A DNA stretch of 64,000 nucleotides, taken from Desulfocapsa sp. Its GTDB lineage: Bacteria > Desulfobacterota > Desulfobulbia > Desulfobulbales > Desulfocapsaceae. The DNA lies in assembly GCA_016765495.1 (NCBI GenBank), contig JAESPV010000035.1, positions 51,729-115,728 of the forward strand. The letters are read 5' to 3'. Within the stretch, counting starts at the first letter, position 1; the number at the start of each line of letters is the position of its first letter. The translations under genes and the position numbers were made by a program. The notes beneath the pieces were generated by a model that was not told where the DNA came from, made no database searches, and saw only the letters and a list, made by a program, of their open reading frames with translations. Shown piece by piece: positions 40,056-50,587 of this stretch.

Positions 40056-41606
40056 ATGAAAGCAGATATACAGCAGGAAGCCACCGCTCTTTTCGGTTCA
40101 TCAGCCCTCGCTTTATTTGAGAAGGGTGCGGTGGCCAGTCTCCTTGCAAACCGTAATCAGCATCTTGGCTCCCTGCTGAGAGCCGAACGGACTCTTCCTT
40201 ATCTGAACATTCTCTATCGTATGCTTCTTTTTAAGCGGGATTATGAGCTTGAGCCGTTATACGACGATATCTACAGAGCTGTTGAAGCAGCACAATCTGT
40301 CACCGCTGATGACTACGACCCGGATCGCTTCCGGGGAGATATGGCGCAACTGGCGGAGTGGAATTTACTCAGTTTTCGTATTGAAAAACAGCGTTTACGC
40401 GGGTATCGTGATAACCGCAAGAGAAAATTCCGCTATCGACTGGATACAGAAACTGTTCATTTCCTCGAATGGCTTGAACAGCGTCTGCTGGATGACATCC
40501 AGAGTAGTACCAATGATACCAGAGACCTCCTCGGCGAAATGCGTGGCAGCCTGGGAGAACTTCTGCGACTTCTGCATCATTTCCAACCTCAGAACAACGA
40601 GACAGAGGAACAAAAAGAGCTCGCCCGCCGTGTTCTTTTTCAGCTTTTTAAGGCCGGAGATTTATCTCAGGAGATCACTGCCGGCCTTGCTGATTTTAAT
40701 GGCAGACTCCTTTTTTTTCTCGTAAAACGGTATGAAATCAACGAGGTTCGACAACTTGTAAAGGAGGTGGAAAGCTATGTGGAAACCTTTCTAAAACAGG
40801 CGTCGAATCTGCGCCTTGAGATCCTGCCGCTGCTTACACGTTTGCAGAAGAAAAAACTCTCAGAAAAACTTCTCCTGTGTCATGAAGTAATGGAAAAAGA
40901 ACGGTTGCGTACACCGCATTTACTCCAGACAAGGCGCGATGCGCACGTTGAGGCAATTCCCGGACGTTTACTGAGTTTTTTCACAGAACAGGGAGGACTT
41001 GATCGTTTATTGCACCGGATAAACACATCGTCTCTACAGGTCTGGCAAAAACTGCGCAGCCATTTGCGGGAACTGGAACGAAAAAACAACAAGCTGCAGG
41101 ATATCGCGTCCCGTGTCCGGGAGATTGCCTCCTGTGATGAAACAGCGAGCTTTCACGTTTTTTTTTATACGCTCCTGGCCCAACCCCTCTGCCGCTTTGA
41201 TCCGCATTTCTGGGATACAAATGAAAAAGCGGAACCGCCAAAACCTAAAAAAGCGATTGCAAAAAAATCCAGCTTTCCTAAACAGTTCCTTAGTCCAAAA
41301 CAGCAAAGCGACGTACCTGTACAGTCAATGGACGAAGCAAGGCTGGCTCTTCTAAAGAATTGGCTGCAAGAAAAACTATGCAACACCAACGAAGCAGTAA
41401 CGCATGTATCCAGCGGCTGTTTTGATTGTTTTAATGATTGTCAAAACATCATGGATCTTGCCAAAGCAGGAATTTTGAATAATGGAAAACGCTTAAATCG
41501 CATCCATTATTCCCTGTCTCCACAGGAAAAGAAAAAACAAATATTATTCCAAATTGGTGAATGCAGCCTGAAATGCTGCGAAATGGAAATTACAGCGACA
41601 AAATAA
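40056..41606 (+). CDS. jetA: Wadjet type II JetA-like protein (DUF2397-like)
   Basis: First of a four-gene operon; QLAEWNLL...KRKFRYRL winged-helix pattern; 516 aa. Confidence 0.72.
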   Translation: MKADIQQEATALFGSSALALFEKGAVASLLANRNQHLGSLLRAERTLPYLNILYRMLLFKRDYELEPLYDDIYRAVEAAQSVTADDYDPDRFRGDMAQLAEWNLLSFRIEKQRLRGYRDNRKRKFRYRLDTETVHFLEWLEQRLLDDIQSSTNDTRDLLGEMRGSLGELLRLLHHFQPQNNETEEQKELARRVLFQLFKAGDLSQEITAGLADFNGRLLFFLVKRYEINEVRQLVKEVESYVETFLKQASNLRLEILPLLTRLQKKKLSEKLLLCHEVMEKERLRTPHLLQTRRDAHVEAIPGRLLSFFTEQGGLDRLLHRINTSSLQVWQKLRSHLRELERKNNKLQDIASRVREIASCDETASFHVFFYTLLAQPLCRFDPHFWDTNEKAEPPKPKKAIAKKSSFPKQFLSPKQQSDVPVQSMDEARLALLKNWLQEKLCNTNEAVTHVSSGCFDCFNDCQNIMDLAKAGILNNGKRLNRIHYSLSPQEKKKQILFQIGECSLKCCEMEITATK

Positions 41607-41613
41607 AAAGATC

Positions 41614-42273
41614 ATGGAAATCGAACTTGCAAAACTCCTGAAACGCTCCAATGACAAAGTACAGGCGGTATTAAACATACTCCTGGAAAGCCCCTACTTT
41701 TATGCTGTTGACGATCACGATCTATTCCTCTTTCTTCGCCGTCATCGCCGTGAATTTACAGATTTTTTCAAACTATTCCATGGATGGCGTCTGATCATCG
41801 ATACCAAGTGCGCCCGTGTGTACAAAGCAGATTGGTACAATCGTGCCATCACACCGATAAATCGTTCGCTTTTTCAATTTACCAAAAGAGATGAATGTCT
41901 GGCCTTTATGATGCTCCTTGAGTTTTTTGAACAACAGCTTGAGGAAAACGGTATGACCATAGAAGATAAAGAAAATCTCCGTTTTCACTTTGGAGATCTG
42001 CTTGAGTACAGTCATAAGCGTTTTCAGAAACTCTTTCCCGAACAGGAACAGCGCTACAGCCAGGAATACCTTCGCTCAAAAATATGGAAACCGGTAATGC
42101 CTGAGCTTGAAAAACACAGATTTCTTAGCAAAATCAAACCGCCTGAAGATCTATCGGCATCAGAGCAGGATCTTATCTACGAAGCCATGCCCGCACTCTA
42201 TCACTATAATGGTGCGGCCCTTGCCCGAATGATTCCAGAACTTGTCAATGCAGAAGAAAGAGAGGAGCAATAG
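41614..42273 (+). CDS. jetB: Wadjet type II JetB-like protein (DUF2398-like)
   Basis: LLESPYF...GWRLII...ARVYK pattern; size and position before the SMC gene. Confidence 0.72.
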   Translation: MEIELAKLLKRSNDKVQAVLNILLESPYFYAVDDHDLFLFLRRHRREFTDFFKLFHGWRLIIDTKCARVYKADWYNRAITPINRSLFQFTKRDECLAFMMLLEFFEQQLEENGMTIEDKENLRFHFGDLLEYSHKRFQKLFPEQEQRYSQEYLRSKIWKPVMPELEKHRFLSKIKPPEDLSASEQDLIYEAMPALYHYNGAALARMIPELVNAEEREEQ

Positions 42274-45200
42274 ATGCAGCAAGCAGCCTATCTCATCCGC
42301 TCCATCCGTATGATCAATTTTCACAACTTCACGGATGAGACCATACACATTGAAGGCGGCGGGCATCTCTTTCTTCTAGGTGATAATGGCTGCGGTAAAA
42401 CCACCATCCTCGATGCCGTGCAGTATGTGCTGACAGCCGGACAATCCATGGAATGGAATTCCGCAGCCAGAATAAGTGGTTCCAAACGTGACGGGCGAAA
42501 GGTACAGGGAATAATTCTTCGCTATAACCTTGATACCGGGGTGATCAATACAAAAGGGGCAATCTCCTATGTAGCTCTTGAAATAACAGGACGAAATGGA
42601 AAACCTCTCACCATTGGGATGGGGATGTCGGCCACCGCCATGGATGAGAAGATTCGTTTCTGGGGCATTATTCGTGAATGTCCATTACGCGATGTCCCGT
42701 TTCTGATTGAAGAAGATGGCCGCCTTCGCCCTGCTTCCCGCCGGGAATTTAAAGAAACACTTGAAAGTGGCAGCGGTTTTATCAGCAACAGGAAAAGCTA
42801 CAGACAGGATATTGCCAACAGACTCTTTGGCGGCGAGGACAGCTATCAGGATATTTGCCGTTTTCTGGCCATGGGAAAAGCATATCGTGAGATTTCAGCG
42901 GGAGCCGCTGATTATCATGCCCTTTTTAAACGCTTATTACCGGAGCCACGAACAACCATATTTGTGCAGATCATTGAAGCACTGCGAACACTTGACGAAT
43001 CACAGACCATCCTCGATGATCTGGATCGTAAACTCTCCTGGCTGCATGAACTTCAAGCTATTGTAAATAACATCTCTGAACAACGCCAGGCAATGCAGCA
43101 TTACGACTGGCTCCTCTGTCGTTTGAGTATCAATAAAATTACCGGGGAACAGGAATCAATTCAACAAAAGATACAGGCGGGCAAAGAACAGCTTCTTCAG
43201 AACAAATCAGAACGTGTCTCGTTTGAGCGACTCGACCGGGATTTTGAAGAACGCCTGGATACGCTGAAAGCCAAAGATACCAGCGGGCTGGTTATTCAAG
43301 AGAAGCGGATCCAGCTTGATCTCTCCACGGAAAAAGCAGCTTTTAACCAGAGCAAAGAACAACTGACCAGCGAACGCAGCAAATGGCAGCACGATGAAAA
43401 ACAGTGGCTGGAGCAGCAAAACCTCTTCTTTAAAAAACTTACCTCTTTTATTCCAGCTCTTGTCAAACAGGCGATCAGCCTCCCCTTTTCAATCACTACG
43501 CTGCAAAATGAATTGGATCTGGTCAGTCGCAATAAGGATTATACTCTTTTTTCATCTGTTGATATTCAAGAATGTATCAAACAAAGTGACAAGCATCTGC
43601 AATCCTGCCACCAGGATCTCACACGTCTGGTGGACAGAGAGCAAGACCTGCTGGAGAAGATTGCACTGCAGGAAAAAAATCTTGCCGAACGTGAAAAACA
43701 GAGTGAGATATATCCTGATCTGCCCCACTATCAGGAATGTCTGCGCACCATGCAGCAAAACATGCTCAGCCCGCGCCCCCTGTATCTTGGTCTGGAATGG
43801 CTGCCGACGGTAAAACTGAAAGTACGTGAATATATTGAAGAATGCATAGGTGAAGAGATCCTTGGCACACTCTTTTTTCGGGAGAATGAATATGAGCAGG
43901 CCAGAAAAATTGGCGTGCACCACCCGGCTCAGCGTATCAGCTGCGAAAAACACACAACAGAGACCATACCAGACTGGATGCGCCCCGTTTTTGATCTTCA
44001 GAATTCCGATCCCGAATGTCTTCGTTGCCTGGCTACGGAAATGGAAAGCGATGGCCTGCAACCTCAGGTTTCACTGCTTGACGGCAAAGCTTTCCTGGCT
44101 TTTCGCAGTCATGAACGCGCTCTGTGTGGACGCCCACCCAGACTCATTGGAGGAGAGAGTAGAAAAAAAGCACTTGCTGCTGAGATCCGCAGTATCAGAA
44201 ATGAGCTGAAAAACCTCAACCGGGATAAACGGGAACTCTCCCGAAGTATAAAAAATGCGCTGGAGCAGCAGGATGACCTTAACAACTTCAAAGTATTTCT
44301 TCAGGAGCACATGCAGGAACTCCTGGATATTTCCCGCAAAGTGAAGGAGCTGAATCAGCAGCTGGAGTATCAACAGGAACGGTTGCAGACACAACAGGAA
44401 AAGACAGATTCACACAAGCGTGCGCTGGACAGTCTGATTCGACGCCATAAAGAATTGAATGATCGTATTGCCGGGGAAGGGCTTGCAAACCTGGAAAGAC
44501 GTATAAACACCTTGAAAAACAAGAAAGCCGCCAACCAGGCACAGATCCGGGAGCTAGATCAAAAAATTGGTGGTGATGAGCGGGACCTTGTTCAGTTGCA
44601 GGAAAAAACAGCACAGCTTGCCATTACATTATCTCAGTCAGAACAACAGAAAGAGCAAACAGAACGAAAACTGCGCGCAATCCTTCCTGACGTTACAGAT
44701 ATTGCCCACTATGTGTTGAAGAGTAAAAAGGGACAGCAGTTTAAAAGCAGTAAAGCCATAGAAAAGGAACGAAACAACAGTGATGTGATAGCTCGTACCG
44801 ATGAAAACCAGTTGAGGGCCAAGGTGAATGATCCGGAATTCGGCGGAGGTTTTCGTTTCCACTATGAGTCGAATACAAATGAATTGAGAGACTTTCGCCA
44901 GCAGGATCTGCCAACTATTATTCAGCAGCAATCAGACGCCTTAACTGAGCAGAAAGAAGTTATTAATGATCGTACCAGGAAACTGTTCAAACAGATTATC
45001 ATGGCCGACTTACTCGACTATCTGCGGGAGCATGTGGGTGAGCTGGAACAAATGATTCGACGTATTAATACGCGCCTTGGTCAACGTTCCTTTGGCGGCC
45101 AGTGCTACCGCTTTCGCCTGCGCCCGCTGAATCAATATAAACGACTGATTACCATCATTAAACAGATCAGCTCCTTTGATCCTCTTGCGGAACAGGAACT

Positions 45201-45729
45201 GGAAACCTTTTTTGCAGATAACCGGGAAGCAATCATTTCCACCGAAGCGGGTTCTATCCCGGAAGAGCTGGACTATCGCAACTGGTACAAATATGAGCTG
45301 GAAGTTTCCACCATTGGTGAAGAAGGAGTGGTGATGGACAGGCAGACAAAAAGCATCGGTTCCGGCGGAGAACAGGCTGTGCCCAACTATCTGCTGATTC
45401 TCACCATTGCCCACTTTTTGTATCAACGCAAAAAAGTTCGTCTCCATGTTCTTCTTTTTGATGAGGCCTTTTACGGGATTGATGCAGGGCGCAGAGATCA
45501 GCTGCTCGGCTTTGCCACCGACCTTGATCTACAACTCTTTATCGCCTCACCGGATCAGGATGGAGTACGACAGGAAGTGGAACATTCCACCACTCTTCTT
45601 GTGAAAAAAGACAGTGACTTTAATGTGCATCTCTATCCATTCCACTGGCAGAATCCCACTCAACAGCAGATGGATCTTTTTAAGCAGAGCTCACCGGAAA
45701 AACCCGTGGTTTTTGACAAGGAACTCTAA
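42274..45729 (+). CDS. jetC: Wadjet JetC SMC-like ATPase
   Basis: INFHNF, Walker A GDNGCGKTT, long coiled coil, LDYRNW, signature SGGEQA, Walker B LLFDEAFYGID. Confidence 0.9.
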   Translation: MQQAAYLIRSIRMINFHNFTDETIHIEGGGHLFLLGDNGCGKTTILDAVQYVLTAGQSMEWNSAARISGSKRDGRKVQGIILRYNLDTGVINTKGAISYVALEITGRNGKPLTIGMGMSATAMDEKIRFWGIIRECPLRDVPFLIEEDGRLRPASRREFKETLESGSGFISNRKSYRQDIANRLFGGEDSYQDICRFLAMGKAYREISAGAADYHALFKRLLPEPRTTIFVQIIEALRTLDESQTILDDLDRKLSWLHELQAIVNNISEQRQAMQHYDWLLCRLSINKITGEQESIQQKIQAGKEQLLQNKSERVSFERLDRDFEERLDTLKAKDTSGLVIQEKRIQLDLSTEKAAFNQSKEQLTSERSKWQHDEKQWLEQQNLFFKKLTSFIPALVKQAISLPFSITTLQNELDLVSRNKDYTLFSSVDIQECIKQSDKHLQSCHQDLTRLVDREQDLLEKIALQEKNLAEREKQSEIYPDLPHYQECLRTMQQNMLSPRPLYLGLEWLPTVKLKVREYIEECIGEEILGTLFFRENEYEQARKIGVHHPAQRISCEKHTTETIPDWMRPVFDLQNSDPECLRCLATEMESDGLQPQVSLLDGKAFLAFRSHERALCGRPPRLIGGESRKKALAAEIRSIRNELKNLNRDKRELSRSIKNALEQQDDLNNFKVFLQEHMQELLDISRKVKELNQQLEYQQERLQTQQEKTDSHKRALDSLIRRHKELNDRIAGEGLANLERRINTLKNKKAANQAQIRELDQKIGGDERDLVQLQEKTAQLAITLSQSEQQKEQTERKLRAILPDVTDIAHYVLKSKKGQQFKSSKAIEKERNNSDVIARTDENQLRAKVNDPEFGGGFRFHYESNTNELRDFRQQDLPTIIQQQSDALTEQKEVINDRTRKLFKQIIMADLLDYLREHVGELEQMIRRINTRLGQRSFGGQCYRFRLRPLNQYKRLITIIKQISSFDPLAEQELETFFADNREAIISTEAGSIPEELDYRNWYKYELEVSTIGEEGVVMDRQTKSIGSGGEQAVPNYLLILTIAHFLYQRKKVRLHVLLFDEAFYGIDAGRRDQLLGFATDLDLQLFIASPDQDGVRQEVEHSTTLLVKKDSDFNVHLYPFHWQNPTQQQMDLFKQSSPEKPVVFDKEL

Positions 45730-46967
45730 TGGATTTTCTGGAGAAAGTTCTTTCTAAAATTGCGCGCCGCTACGCATTAAAAAGGTGTCTCAGCGGCACC
45801 ATGAAACTTGGGGAACATCTTGATAAAGAGCAGATGACAGTCCTTGCCAATTTCTTTGGCCTGGCTCCCTTAAAGGTGAATAACAGAGAAGAGGTTCGTC
45901 TGATCTTCAAGGATCTTTTGCAAAACGGTTCCGAATCACAGTGGCTGAAAAAGATTGGGGATACTCTTGGCTACCCACTACAGACACAGTCGAAAAACAA
46001 CGCTGGAGCAAACAGAAACGCCACACAGGGAATTTATGCAAGCCTTGTGCTGGCCTACCCTGAACTGCATTCACTCTTTGCTGTTTTGCAGGAAGATGAC
46101 AGCTCAATTCGCTCCATATTGTCCGAAAACAACGAAAAGAAAGGAAAGGAAAAATGCTTTGCAATGGCTGAGATCATCTCTTTTCTGCTCCGTAACAGTG
46201 AACCCATAACAGTTTCCGACCTTGGTGCACGTTTTTTTAAAGACTCCAAAGCATTGCGTCAGGGGGAATTACGGACACTGTTTATCAAATGGTTAAGACT
46301 TATTGAACCGCAATCTGAACTGCTGGATGAAGATGATTTACTGGCGAGCCATCATATCCTCCATGACCGCCTAACCGTGAATGCTGTCCTGTACGGCCCG
46401 GTCCTTTACGAAAAAAAGGGCATAACATTTGATTGGATATCTCAGCTGTACAGGCAGGGCGAAACGGCAACCTTGGGGTGGTCAAACATTCAGGATATTG
46501 ACAGAATCTATCTGCAAAAGCAGGATTCCTGTACACCGGATCTCATCAGCTGTGAAAACGAGGCTCCATTCAGCAGCCTGATACACCAAAAGAAAAACAG
46601 CTGTCTGCTTTTCACCAGCGGCTTTCCATCCAGTGCAGTACAGAAATTGTATCAATTACTCGCACCTCTTGCCACCAGTTGCCACCATTGGGGAGACAGT
46701 GATCCTGCGGGTTTACGTATTGCTGCAATTATGCATAAACTGCATCCCCTGAACCTCTACCGTTGTGACGTATCTACCCTGCAGCGGCACAATAAAAAAA
46801 AAGTGTTACTGCCACTTAACCAACAGCAAAAGAATGATATACTGAATATTGTGAAAAATCAGCCGGATTTTCCTTTTCCTGATGAATTATTGTTTACTCT
46901 GGATAATGGGTGGTTGGAGCAGGAAAGCTGGCAGGCATCTCAAGAAATAACAAATCAGGAACCATAA
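45729..46967 (+). CDS. jetD: Wadjet JetD TOPRIM nuclease (DUF2399-like)
   Basis: CENE glutamate, TSGFPS, WGDSDPAGL DxD motif, terminal EQE; translationally coupled to jetC. Confidence 0.85.
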   Translation: MDFLEKVLSKIARRYALKRCLSGTMKLGEHLDKEQMTVLANFFGLAPLKVNNREEVRLIFKDLLQNGSESQWLKKIGDTLGYPLQTQSKNNAGANRNATQGIYASLVLAYPELHSLFAVLQEDDSSIRSILSENNEKKGKEKCFAMAEIISFLLRNSEPITVSDLGARFFKDSKALRQGELRTLFIKWLRLIEPQSELLDEDDLLASHHILHDRLTVNAVLYGPVLYEKKGITFDWISQLYRQGETATLGWSNIQDIDRIYLQKQDSCTPDLISCENEAPFSSLIHQKKNSCLLFTSGFPSSAVQKLYQLLAPLATSCHHWGDSDPAGLRIAAIMHKLHPLNLYRCDVSTLQRHNKKKVLLPLNQQQKNDILNIVKNQPDFPFPDELLFTLDNGWLEQESWQASQEITNQEP

Positions 46968-46974
46968 GGATAGG

Positions 46975-47394
46975 TCATTCGTCGGGTTGCTTCATCTCAA
47001 AGGTTACCGAAACCTCCCGTCCATCTTCATCTATAAATTTCTGTGGAAAAAGATCGAGATTATCTACCTGCTTAATAAATTCCTCTGTTGACTGAAACTC
47101 CGCTACCAGCTCGGCAATAATTTGTAAATTTTTCTTATCTATATCCGAAGTTTTAAACCCGCTGGTATGCTCTCCCCTGTAGACAAGAGTTGCAGTGAAT
47201 TGAATGTGCTCCCCATCTTCAGTGGTAATTTCAACCTGGTATTCCGTCTGTTCAAGGGTAGTAGAGGGAGATGCTATTCCAACACCGCCCTGGCTGATAT
47301 TTATGACTGGGGTTTTAATGCGTTTTCCCTGTCCGGTTGATAATAGTACTTCACCTGCCAGTGGAACTCTGACATGTATTCTTTTGTGTGCCAT
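46975..47394 (-). CDS. PilZ-domain protein
   Basis: KRIHVRVP (RxxxR) and NISQGG (D/NxSxxG) motifs. Confidence 0.85.
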   Translation of the reverse strand: MAHKRIHVRVPLAGEVLLSTGQGKRIKTPVINISQGGVGIASPSTTLEQTEYQVEITTEDGEHIQFTATLVYRGEHTSGFKTSDIDKKNLQIIAELVAEFQSTEEFIKQVDNLDLFPQKFIDEDGREVSVTFEMKQPDE

Positions 47395-47473
47395 ATGATA
47401 AAGCCATCGATTTTATTGTACAGATTCTTCCCATTGATTTGAAAATACTATCTGTATTCATCAGAAAAGTCAA

Positions 47474-50400
47474 TCAGCTCGTAAGTGCTTCCTGTACTTT
47501 ATAACTCAGTTCCTTCATCGAGTATGGCTTTTTGAGAAATGCACAGGCACCAAGATTTAAAGTGGCTCTTACATCATCACTCTCTGAGAACCCACTAACG
47601 ACGATGGCCTTTTGGTCGGGTGAGAATGAAAGTATCTTTTCATATGTTTGAGCTCCGTTCATACCCGGATCCATCAGCATATCGAGCATAAGTAAATCAA
47701 CCTGATTATCCTTTAGAAATTCGACAGCCAATTCACCGGAGCTGACAGAATCTACGGTATATCCAAGATTCTCCAGCATTTGGCAGGCGACATCCCGCAG
47801 AGCCGGTTCGTCATCGACGACCAGAATATGCTCATTGTGTCCAATATATTCTTCCTCTGTATCACATTCGCTTTGCACAACACCACCTCTGCTGCTTACC
47901 GGAAAATAGAGTTGAAAACGTGTTCCCTTTTCACTGCTCTCCACAAATATCTTCCCGGCGTGATCTTCCATTGTGTTCCAGACCACAGCAAGCCCAAGAC
48001 CAGTTCCACTTCTTCCCATCACTTTTTTCGTGTAAAAGGGTTCAAAAATATGGTCAATATTTTCCGCTGAGATACCAGTCCCTGTATCTGCAACTGTAAG
48101 GATTATGTACTCCATCTGCTTTAATCCATTTTCCCTGGCCCAGCTGGCTCCTGGGATTACCGTTGTGGTACTGATCGTTATGCGGCCCGCCTTATCGATG
48201 GCCTCCATGGCATTGACCACCAGATTCATTATACATTTTGTGATATGCACAGGTGAACACAAGAGGTTTGGCAGATCTTTGGCAAGCTGGGTATGGCACT
48301 GAACGTGCCGAGATATGGAGTGCAATTGATGATACTCCGGTGAAGCAAGATACTCTGCCACTAGAGTATTCATATTTGCTGTCACTTTGCTGATTGCCAC
48401 GCCACGGGCCACGGTGAGTAAGTCAGCAACCACTGCGGCTGCACGTTTCCCGGATTCCCTGATGGCTTCTATTGGTTCCCGGAGCTTACTTGTCTCGGGA
48501 AGTTGCAAAAGAAGCAGCTCAGGATATCCGGTGATACCGGTAAGGATATTATTGAGATCGTGGGCAACTCCTCCTGCCATGAGCCCGATGGCTTCCATCT
48601 TCCGGGCCCTCTGTAAGCGTAATTCCACAGATTTATTTTCTTCTTCCAGTTGTTTTTCTTTGGTTAAGTCGTTATACACTGCAATAATTTCGCCGGTGGG
48701 TAATCTGTACACTCTATTTTCACGCCACCCTTGCAGCTTATCGTCTTTGTAATAGGACACGGGATGGAGGGCTGGCTCGCCAGTCTCCCAGACTGTACGG
48801 AATACAGAGAGCAGGCCAAACTCTTTTGCACCTGGAAAGACCTCTGAAAGTTTACGCCCTAAAATGGACTTGCGCCTGACCCCTTCTATTTCTTCACCGG
48901 CCTTGTTAAAATCTTTGATAATAAAATCCTGGCCATTATCAATCGCTTCATAGACGGCGACTCCACTGGTGGAGTGATCAAACAGTGCACGATATAATAA
49001 TTCACTTTTTTGTTCTCTGGCCTGGGCAAGCTTCAAATCAGTCAGATCCAGATCAACACAGTACATTATTTTTTCACCCTGACTGGACACATTCATAACA
49101 TGTGAACAATAGATCGGCACATCACCGCCATCCTTGTGATGCAGAATGAGTTCAGAGGAGGGAATTGCGACATCATTCTCATACCAGTTTTGAATCGCCT
49201 GAAGAACATTCTTCTTCATAGGTTCTGGTATGATCAGGTCTTCAAGTTTTTTCCCCATGGCCTCTTCTTCACTATAGCCGTAGAGAATTTCACTGGCCTT
49301 GTTCCAGTAAATCACTTTTCTCTCCCGGTCATATCCCTGAACTCCAATTTTAGGCAGATCATTGACAAGATGGCGAAATCGTTCTTCGCTTTGAGAAAGC
49401 TCTGCGGTGCGTTGTTCAACTGTCTGCTCCAGATTCTCCACCAGAGTTTTTACCTGAGATGCCATGCCATTAAAACCACGGGCCAGTTGGCCTAACTCAT
49501 CCCGGCTGTTTTCACTGGCTCGGATATCCATATTTCCTTTACCAAATTCACGGACCGATTCCTTTAGCTGAAGAATATTGCCGATAACTGTATTACTCAA
49601 TAGTCTGGCAATACAGCTCATGGTCAGGATGATGATGAGGGTTATGCTCAGGATGATAAAGCCAGTCAGACGATAGACCTTGTCGATTTGTTGTTGTATC
49701 AGTTGTCCGTCTTCTTCTGTTGCTCCAATCAATGCCTCGGAAACTGGAGAAACGATTTGTTTTTGCAGGATGAAGTCTTGAAATTTTTCGGAAATTTTAA
49801 GATCTACATCCAACAACTCAAAACACAGAGTACGGCAGGAATGAATCAGGGAAATAATTCTGTTTTTTTGCTCTTTTTTGAGAATTGTTTCCTGTTCAAC
49901 CGCCTCATGTAAGGTGTCAAGAGAGTTTAACGCTTCTTGCATAAGGTGGCGCTGCCGACGGATTTGGTAGCTCATGACAAAAGAACACATTTTTTTGTGA
50001 ACATTCTCAAGATGCTGGAAGTCCTGCAATTCTTTTCCAATTGTTTTTTCAATACCAGAGAGTTGAAACTCAATCCCACTGTCTGGAGCAACTCGTTTGG
50101 AGAGAAGCTCGACTGCTTCAATGGACGTGTCTGCAAAGCGTTTGGCAGCAGCAAGGTACAAATTGACGTCCGTTGGGTTGATACGGGATAAACTTCCCAA
50201 ATTTGAGTGGAAAAGGTTTTTTTCAAGAGATCTGCTTTGTGATATTACTTTAGCGATTTGGCGGACGGCTGGCTGAACATATTGCTCGTGGGCTTGTTGC
50301 AGACCGATACTCCGGTGGTTCAGGAAAAAATCACTTAGCAATCGCTGTGCTCTTTCCATGTCGCGATCCATCTTCAAAACCTGCACTCTGATTGCTGTAC

Positions 50401-50560
50401 TTTCTCGTATGTCGTCTTCGGCATTTCGGATAGACAAAAAAGAGAGAGAAGCTGTTACTGAGATGAGGATCATCAGGGAAAGCAGCAAAGAAAAAGAAAA
50501 ACTGAATTTTCGTTTTATCCCCAGTTGATTCCAATAGTTGCTGATTAATGTCATATGCAT
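47474..50560 (-). CDS. Hybrid sensor histidine kinase (periplasmic domain, HAMP, 2 PAS, HisKA, HATPase, REC)
   Basis: GGVAHDLNNIL, NAMEA, DTGTGI, FEPFYTKK, GTGLGL and receiver LVVDDE...LDMLMDPG motifs. Confidence 0.95.
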   Translation of the reverse strand: MHMTLISNYWNQLGIKRKFSFSFSLLLSLMILISVTASLSFLSIRNAEDDIRESTAIRVQVLKMDRDMERAQRLLSDFFLNHRSIGLQQAHEQYVQPAVRQIAKVISQSRSLEKNLFHSNLGSLSRINPTDVNLYLAAAKRFADTSIEAVELLSKRVAPDSGIEFQLSGIEKTIGKELQDFQHLENVHKKMCSFVMSYQIRRQRHLMQEALNSLDTLHEAVEQETILKKEQKNRIISLIHSCRTLCFELLDVDLKISEKFQDFILQKQIVSPVSEALIGATEEDGQLIQQQIDKVYRLTGFIILSITLIIILTMSCIARLLSNTVIGNILQLKESVREFGKGNMDIRASENSRDELGQLARGFNGMASQVKTLVENLEQTVEQRTAELSQSEERFRHLVNDLPKIGVQGYDRERKVIYWNKASEILYGYSEEEAMGKKLEDLIIPEPMKKNVLQAIQNWYENDVAIPSSELILHHKDGGDVPIYCSHVMNVSSQGEKIMYCVDLDLTDLKLAQAREQKSELLYRALFDHSTSGVAVYEAIDNGQDFIIKDFNKAGEEIEGVRRKSILGRKLSEVFPGAKEFGLLSVFRTVWETGEPALHPVSYYKDDKLQGWRENRVYRLPTGEIIAVYNDLTKEKQLEEENKSVELRLQRARKMEAIGLMAGGVAHDLNNILTGITGYPELLLLQLPETSKLREPIEAIRESGKRAAAVVADLLTVARGVAISKVTANMNTLVAEYLASPEYHQLHSISRHVQCHTQLAKDLPNLLCSPVHITKCIMNLVVNAMEAIDKAGRITISTTTVIPGASWARENGLKQMEYIILTVADTGTGISAENIDHIFEPFYTKKVMGRSGTGLGLAVVWNTMEDHAGKIFVESSEKGTRFQLYFPVSSRGGVVQSECDTEEEYIGHNEHILVVDDEPALRDVACQMLENLGYTVDSVSSGELAVEFLKDNQVDLLMLDMLMDPGMNGAQTYEKILSFSPDQKAIVVSGFSESDDVRATLNLGACAFLKKPYSMKELSYKVQEALTS

Positions 50561-50587
50561 TTTCCTTCCTGTCCACAGACGATATCT

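Noticed and set aside
42274-45729. Housekeeping SMC/MukB or SbcC
   Set aside because: The four-gene context with a downstream TOPRIM nuclease and the LDYRxW motif indicate Wadjet JetC.
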